Assembly: GCA_021323595.1 (NCBI GenBank)
Contig: JAJPKR010000061.1
Coordinates: forward strand, 83,364 to 147,363
Reading direction: 5' to 3'
DNA from: Terriglobia bacterium
GTDB lineage: Bacteria; Acidobacteriota; Terriglobia; Terriglobales; SCQP01
Length of the DNA stretch: 64,000 nt
Part shown: positions 59,180 through 64,000 of the stretch, in pieces
Layout of the letters: every line of letters starts with the position of its first letter
Position numbering within the stretch: the stretch's first letter is position 1
Made by a program: the position numbers and the translations under genes
The notes under the pieces: generated by a model
Database searches by the model: none
Told to the model about the DNA's origin: nothing
What the model saw: the letters and a program-made list of their open reading frames with translations, nothing else

Positions 59180-59982
59180 GCGCGTTTCCTCCTTTCCTTC
59201 GATGCTAAGCCTCGTTCCGAGCTCCGCGCCGGCTTGCGGCCGCCGGGCAGGCCGGCGGCGGCCCGGCTCAACTGCGCGAGGCGGCGCGCGTTGGCCAGCG
59301 CGAAGGCCTGCCAGTCGTTATTGAAGTACGCGTAAACCGCGGCGGCGCGGGACTGGGCGCGAACGGTGCGCGCCCAGGCCCGCAGCTCGGTCTCGGTGAA
59401 ATTGCCACCTTCGCCCGTGCCGGAATGAAAGCGCAGGTAGGTGAACGGCGCCGTGATCACCTGCGGCGGCGGCGGCAGATCGGGACGGATCGCCTGACAC
59501 CACGCCGCGCCATGCGCCCGCAGCAACTCGAAGACCGGGGGGACGAACCAGCTCTCATGCCGAAATTCAAAGGCGAATTGCCGCCGCGGCGGCAGCAGCG
59601 GCAAGAACGACTCCAGGCGCTCGAGATTGATGCGCCAAGCCGAGGGGAACTGAAAGAGGATCGGCCCGAGTTTGCCGCCGAGCTTCTCCGCCCGCCGCAG
59701 GAACCGCCGCAGCGCCGGGCCCGCCGCATGCAGCCGCCGGATGTGGGTGATATAGCGGCTGCCTTTCACCGCGAAGACGAAGCCTTCCGGCACGCGCCGG
59801 CTCCAGGCGGCGAAGGTTTCGGCGCGGGGCAGCCGGTAGAACGGATTGTTGAGTTCGACGGTGGGGAAGCGCTCGGCGTAATACTCGAGCTCGCGCGCCG
59901 CCGGCCAGCGCTCGGGATAAAACACGCCATGACGCCAATGCGGATAGGAGAAGCCCGAAGCGCCGATCCGGATTGGCGGCAT
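59176..59982 (-). CDS. DUF72 family protein
   Basis: ORF 59176..60129 trimmed to ATG 59982 (MPPIRIGASGFSYPHW...FYP......ELEYYA..F.TVE.N..FYR.P....F..W). Also has ...LFQ.P..., ...E.RH.SW and ...YF.ND. Confidence 0.85.
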   Translation of the reverse strand: MPPIRIGASGFSYPHWRHGVFYPERWPAARELEYYAERFPTVELNNPFYRLPRAETFAAWSRRVPEGFVFAVKGSRYITHIRRLHAAGPALRRFLRRAEKLGGKLGPILFQFPSAWRINLERLESFLPLLPPRRQFAFEFRHESWFVPPVFELLRAHGAAWCQAIRPDLPPPPQVITAPFTYLRFHSGTGEGGNFTETELRAWARTVRAQSRAAAVYAYFNNDWQAFALANARRLAQLSRAAAGLPGGRKPARSSERGLASKERRKRA

Positions 59983-60257
59983 GTTCGTTCCGATGCCTTC
60001 CAACCGAAGCCGGACGCGAGCGACGCCGCCGAAGCGAGCGTCGCCCGGGCGGCGCCGGGGCGGCGGGCGGCTGCGCGCCGCGAGCGGCCAGCTCGGTCTC
60101 GGCGCCGCGAGCGCCGCGCGGCGGCGCAACGCGGCCCGGACGCACTTTACCTCGCGGCGTGATCCGTTCGCCGGATCCCGGGCGGGACGGCGCGGCTTTT
60201 GCGCGCTCGGCTACAATTAGGTTATAAAGAAGGGTTTGCCCGCTGCAGGAGATCCTA

Positions 60258-61385
60258 ATGCCTACCGTCGCGCCGCGTGGTCTGGAAGACGTCGTCGCCT
60301 CCCCTTCCTCGATCTGTTTCATTGATGGCGAAAAAGGGGTGCTGGCCTATCGCGGCTACGACATTCACGATCTGGCCGAGCGCTCCACGTTCGCCGAAAC
60401 CGCCTATCTGCTCTGGAACGGGCGGCTGCCCAATGCCGCGGAACTGCGGGCGCTGGAAGAGAGCTTGCGGGCGGAGGCGGCTCTGCCGGCGCCGCTGCTG
60501 GCGCTGCTGCGCTCGCTGCCGGCGCAGGCGACGCCGATGGACGTGCTGCGCACCGGCATCTCCGCCGCCGCGTTCTACGATCCGGAAGCGCAAGACATGG
60601 CGCCCGAGGCCAACCGCCGCAAGGCCTTGCGCCTGCTGGCGCGCACGCCCACCCTGGTGGCGGCCTATGCGCGGCTGCGCCAGAAACAAGAGCCCATCGC
60701 CCCCGCCGCCGACCTCGGCCTGGCCGCCAATTTTCTTTACATGCTGAACGGCGAGCGGCCGAGCGAAACCGCCGCGCGCGCCTTCGACATCGCCTTGATC
60801 CTGCACGCCGACCACGAATTCAACGCCTCGACCTTCGCCGCCCGGGTCACCGCCGCCACGCTCAGCGACATCTATTCCGCGATGACCAGCGCGATCGGCG
60901 CGCTCAAGGGCCCGCTGCACGGCGGCGCCAACCAGAACGTGATCCGGCTGCTGCTGCAGATCGGCGACGCCGATCCGCTCGTGACCATCCGCGCGATGAT
61001 CGCGGATAAGAAGAAGATCCCCGGCTTCGGCCATCGCGTCTATCACACCGAGGATCCGCGCGCGACGCACCTGCGGCAGATGTCGCGCGAACTGGGGCAG
61101 AAGACCGGGCACGACAAGCTCTACCAGATGTCGCGGCGCATCGAGGAGTTCATGAATTCCGAGAAGCACCTGAACGCCAACGTGGATTTCTACTCGGCGT
61201 CGCTTTACTACGATCTCGGGATCCCGGTGGATCTCTACACGCCGATCTTCGCGGCGTCGCGGATGAGCGGCTGGACGGCGCACGTGCTCGAGCAGTACGC
61301 CGACAACCGCCTGATCCGCCCGCGAGCCGAATACGTCGGCCCGAAAGCGCCGCAGCCCTACATCCCCATCGCGCAGCGCGGCTGA
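60258..61385 (+). CDS. gltA: Citrate synthase (small, type I/2-methylcitrate-synthase-like)
   Basis: 375 aa. Motifs GLEDV.A..S.I..IDGE.G.L.YRGY.I.DLA, LHADHE.NAST, GPLHGGAN and GFGHRVY...DPRA. GGAG lies upstream and TACAAT is at 60212..60217. Confidence 0.94.
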   Translation: MPTVAPRGLEDVVASPSSICFIDGEKGVLAYRGYDIHDLAERSTFAETAYLLWNGRLPNAAELRALEESLRAEAALPAPLLALLRSLPAQATPMDVLRTGISAAAFYDPEAQDMAPEANRRKALRLLARTPTLVAAYARLRQKQEPIAPAADLGLAANFLYMLNGERPSETAARAFDIALILHADHEFNASTFAARVTAATLSDIYSAMTSAIGALKGPLHGGANQNVIRLLLQIGDADPLVTIRAMIADKKKIPGFGHRVYHTEDPRATHLRQMSRELGQKTGHDKLYQMSRRIEEFMNSEKHLNANVDFYSASLYYDLGIPVDLYTPIFAASRMSGWTAHVLEQYADNRLIRPRAEYVGPKAPQPYIPIAQRG

Positions 61386-61415
61386 GGCCGCGGGCCCATC
61401 GCGCAGCGCGGCTGA
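61365..61415 (+). repeat. 21-nt direct repeat duplicating the last 6 codons plus stop of gltA (CCCATCGCGCAGCGCGGCTGA x2, period 30 nt)
   Basis: Copies at 61365..61385 and 61395..61415 are identical. The 30-nt period keeps the second copy in frame with gltA. Confidence 0.8.
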
Positions 61416-61445
61416 AGCCGCCGCCGCCGTGGCGGCCGGCGCCGC

Positions 61446-62447
61446 CTAGGGATGGAGGAAGCCATCCACCGTGGCGTTGAACAGCCGCGGCTGATCCACG
61501 AACTCCATGTGGCCGCTGCGCGGCAAGATCACCAGCTTGGAGCCGGCGATCTTGGCGTGCATGACCTCGGCCAGCTTGGGCGGACACTCGTCGTGATCGC
61601 CGACCATGATCAGCGTCGGCACGCGGATCGAGGGCAGGCGGCCGGTGTATTCGACCGATTTCAGGTTGCCGTCAATCACGAACTCGCCATCCGAGCCCCA
61701 CATTTCCCGATAGAGCGTCCAGGACATCACGCCATTGCCGACGGGGTCGTAGTTGGGGTCGGGGTGGTTTTGATAGAGGTAGGGGAAATAGCCTTCGCCC
61801 CAGGCGGCGATCATATAGTCGTCGGAATAGCGGCCGCGGCGATAGATGGGGCCCTTGCCGAAGAGACCGGCCTTCTCCATGGCGTCAATGCGGCGGCGCA
61901 GGGCAGGCGCCATGCGCGCCTTCATCTCGCGGAAGACCTCGTTCATGGCTTTGGTGCTGGAAAAAGTGCTGCACAGGATCAAGTGAGTGAGGTTTTGCTG
62001 GTATTTGAGAGCATAGGCCTGCGCCAGCACGCCACCGTAGGAATGGCCAAGCAGGCTCATCCGGCCCAGGCCGAGCGCCTGGCGCACGGCCTCGACATCC
62101 TCGACCATGTTGGCGACGGTGTATTGGGCGGGATCGTCGAGCAGCTTCTGCGAGCGGCCGGAGCCGCGCTCGTCGATGAAGACCAGGCGATTGTCGCGCG
62201 CCAGCGGCAGCAGATAGGGGAGGAAGTAGTCGTGCGAGGCGCCGGGGCCGCCATGGACGATCATCAGCGGCGCGCCGCGGCCGACTTCCATGTAATAGAT
62301 CATCACGCCGTGCGCATCCACGTAGCCTTGCTGGATGGGATAGACGCTGCCGTCCGGCGGCGCGGCCGCGAGCGAACCAGCGAGGGCGAAGACGGCGCCG
62401 AGCGCGAGGCAGACCGGCAAATTACGGAGCTTCATGCCCGCGATCAT
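61446..62447 (-). CDS. Secreted alpha/beta hydrolase, proline iminopeptidase-like (S33 family)
   Basis: 333 aa with a signal peptide (KLRNLPVCLALGAVFALAGSLAA). HGGPG oxyanion motif, GHSYGG nucleophile elbow and C-terminal SGH. Confidence 0.85.
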   Translation of the reverse strand: MIAGMKLRNLPVCLALGAVFALAGSLAAAPPDGSVYPIQQGYVDAHGVMIYYMEVGRGAPLMIVHGGPGASHDYFLPYLLPLARDNRLVFIDERGSGRSQKLLDDPAQYTVANMVEDVEAVRQALGLGRMSLLGHSYGGVLAQAYALKYQQNLTHLILCSTFSSTKAMNEVFREMKARMAPALRRRIDAMEKAGLFGKGPIYRRGRYSDDYMIAAWGEGYFPYLYQNHPDPNYDPVGNGVMSWTLYREMWGSDGEFVIDGNLKSVEYTGRLPSIRVPTLIMVGDHDECPPKLAEVMHAKIAGSKLVILPRSGHMEFVDQPRLFNATVDGFLHP

Positions 62448-62544
62448 ACGTCAGGCGCCGGATGGGCGGAGAACACGGTGGGCGGGGCGAGAAGCGCCGC
62501 AGGGTATCGTGCTCCCGCCCCAAGGCGCGCCGGCGCGAGGGCGG

Positions 62545-64000
<1,456 letters not shown>

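Noticed and set aside
61383-61415. Selenocysteine insertion at the gltA TGA.
   Set aside because: There is no convincing SECIS-type hairpin at the right distance, and citrate synthase has no known Sec form. A duplication scar is the simpler explanation. I kept it as a low-interest finding only because of the exact in-frame geometry.

Overview
Very GC-rich chromosomal segment with strong GC3 bias, which produces many long spurious antisense ORFs. The host is a diderm bacterium (BamA, TamB, TolC and RND efflux are present). The gene content and a dnaK-dnaJ-hspR operon fit an Acidobacteriota-like or related soil lineage, but that is only a weak guess. I can support about 58 protein genes and one tRNA-Gln(UUG). 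Nearly all are core housekeeping genes in tightly packed operons. These are: the suf Fe-S operon (sufB-C-D-S-U-T plus an Rrf2 regulator); a WtpA/ModA-type oxyanion transporter with an HTH-TOBE regulator; dnaK-dnaJ-hspR-pgpA; ndh; a methyltransferase plus ABC exporter; a rhomboid protease; bamA-surA_N-tamB; a thiF-like E1; dacB; vapBC-DUF1385-prfA-selA followed by a tri-domain acyl ligase/carrier/acyltransferase; a PIG-L deacetylase; gpmI-eno; ispE-tRNA-prs-ctc-pth; rpsF-rpsR-rplI; plsC-folC-accD-cobO; rlmH; an HDAC-family gene; TolC-MFP-RND; SDR-DUF72; gltA; an alpha/beta hydrolase; and an ABC-F ATPase. I see no CRISPR, IS element, integrase, prophage or recognisable defence island, so I cannot point to a clear novel multi-gene system. 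The items most worth a second look are five. (1) A GC-depleted 0.6-kb spacer between convergent genes (57.5-58.1 kb) carries five consecutive stem-loops whose G.U pairs only work on the minus strand; it is a candidate unclassified structured RNA. (2) An ABC-2 permease has an extra transmembrane helix and a periplasmic CIA30/CBM-like beta-sandwich domain, and sits next to a methyltransferase. (3) An inverted-order Aas-like fusion (AMP-ligase, carrier domain, lysophospholipid acyltransferase) is followed by a Cys-rich zinc-ribbon ORF. (4) selA is translationally coupled to prfA, with no selB, selD or selC in 64 kb. (5) Several small repeats and leader structures. All family assignments rest on motif recognition by eye; no searches were run.
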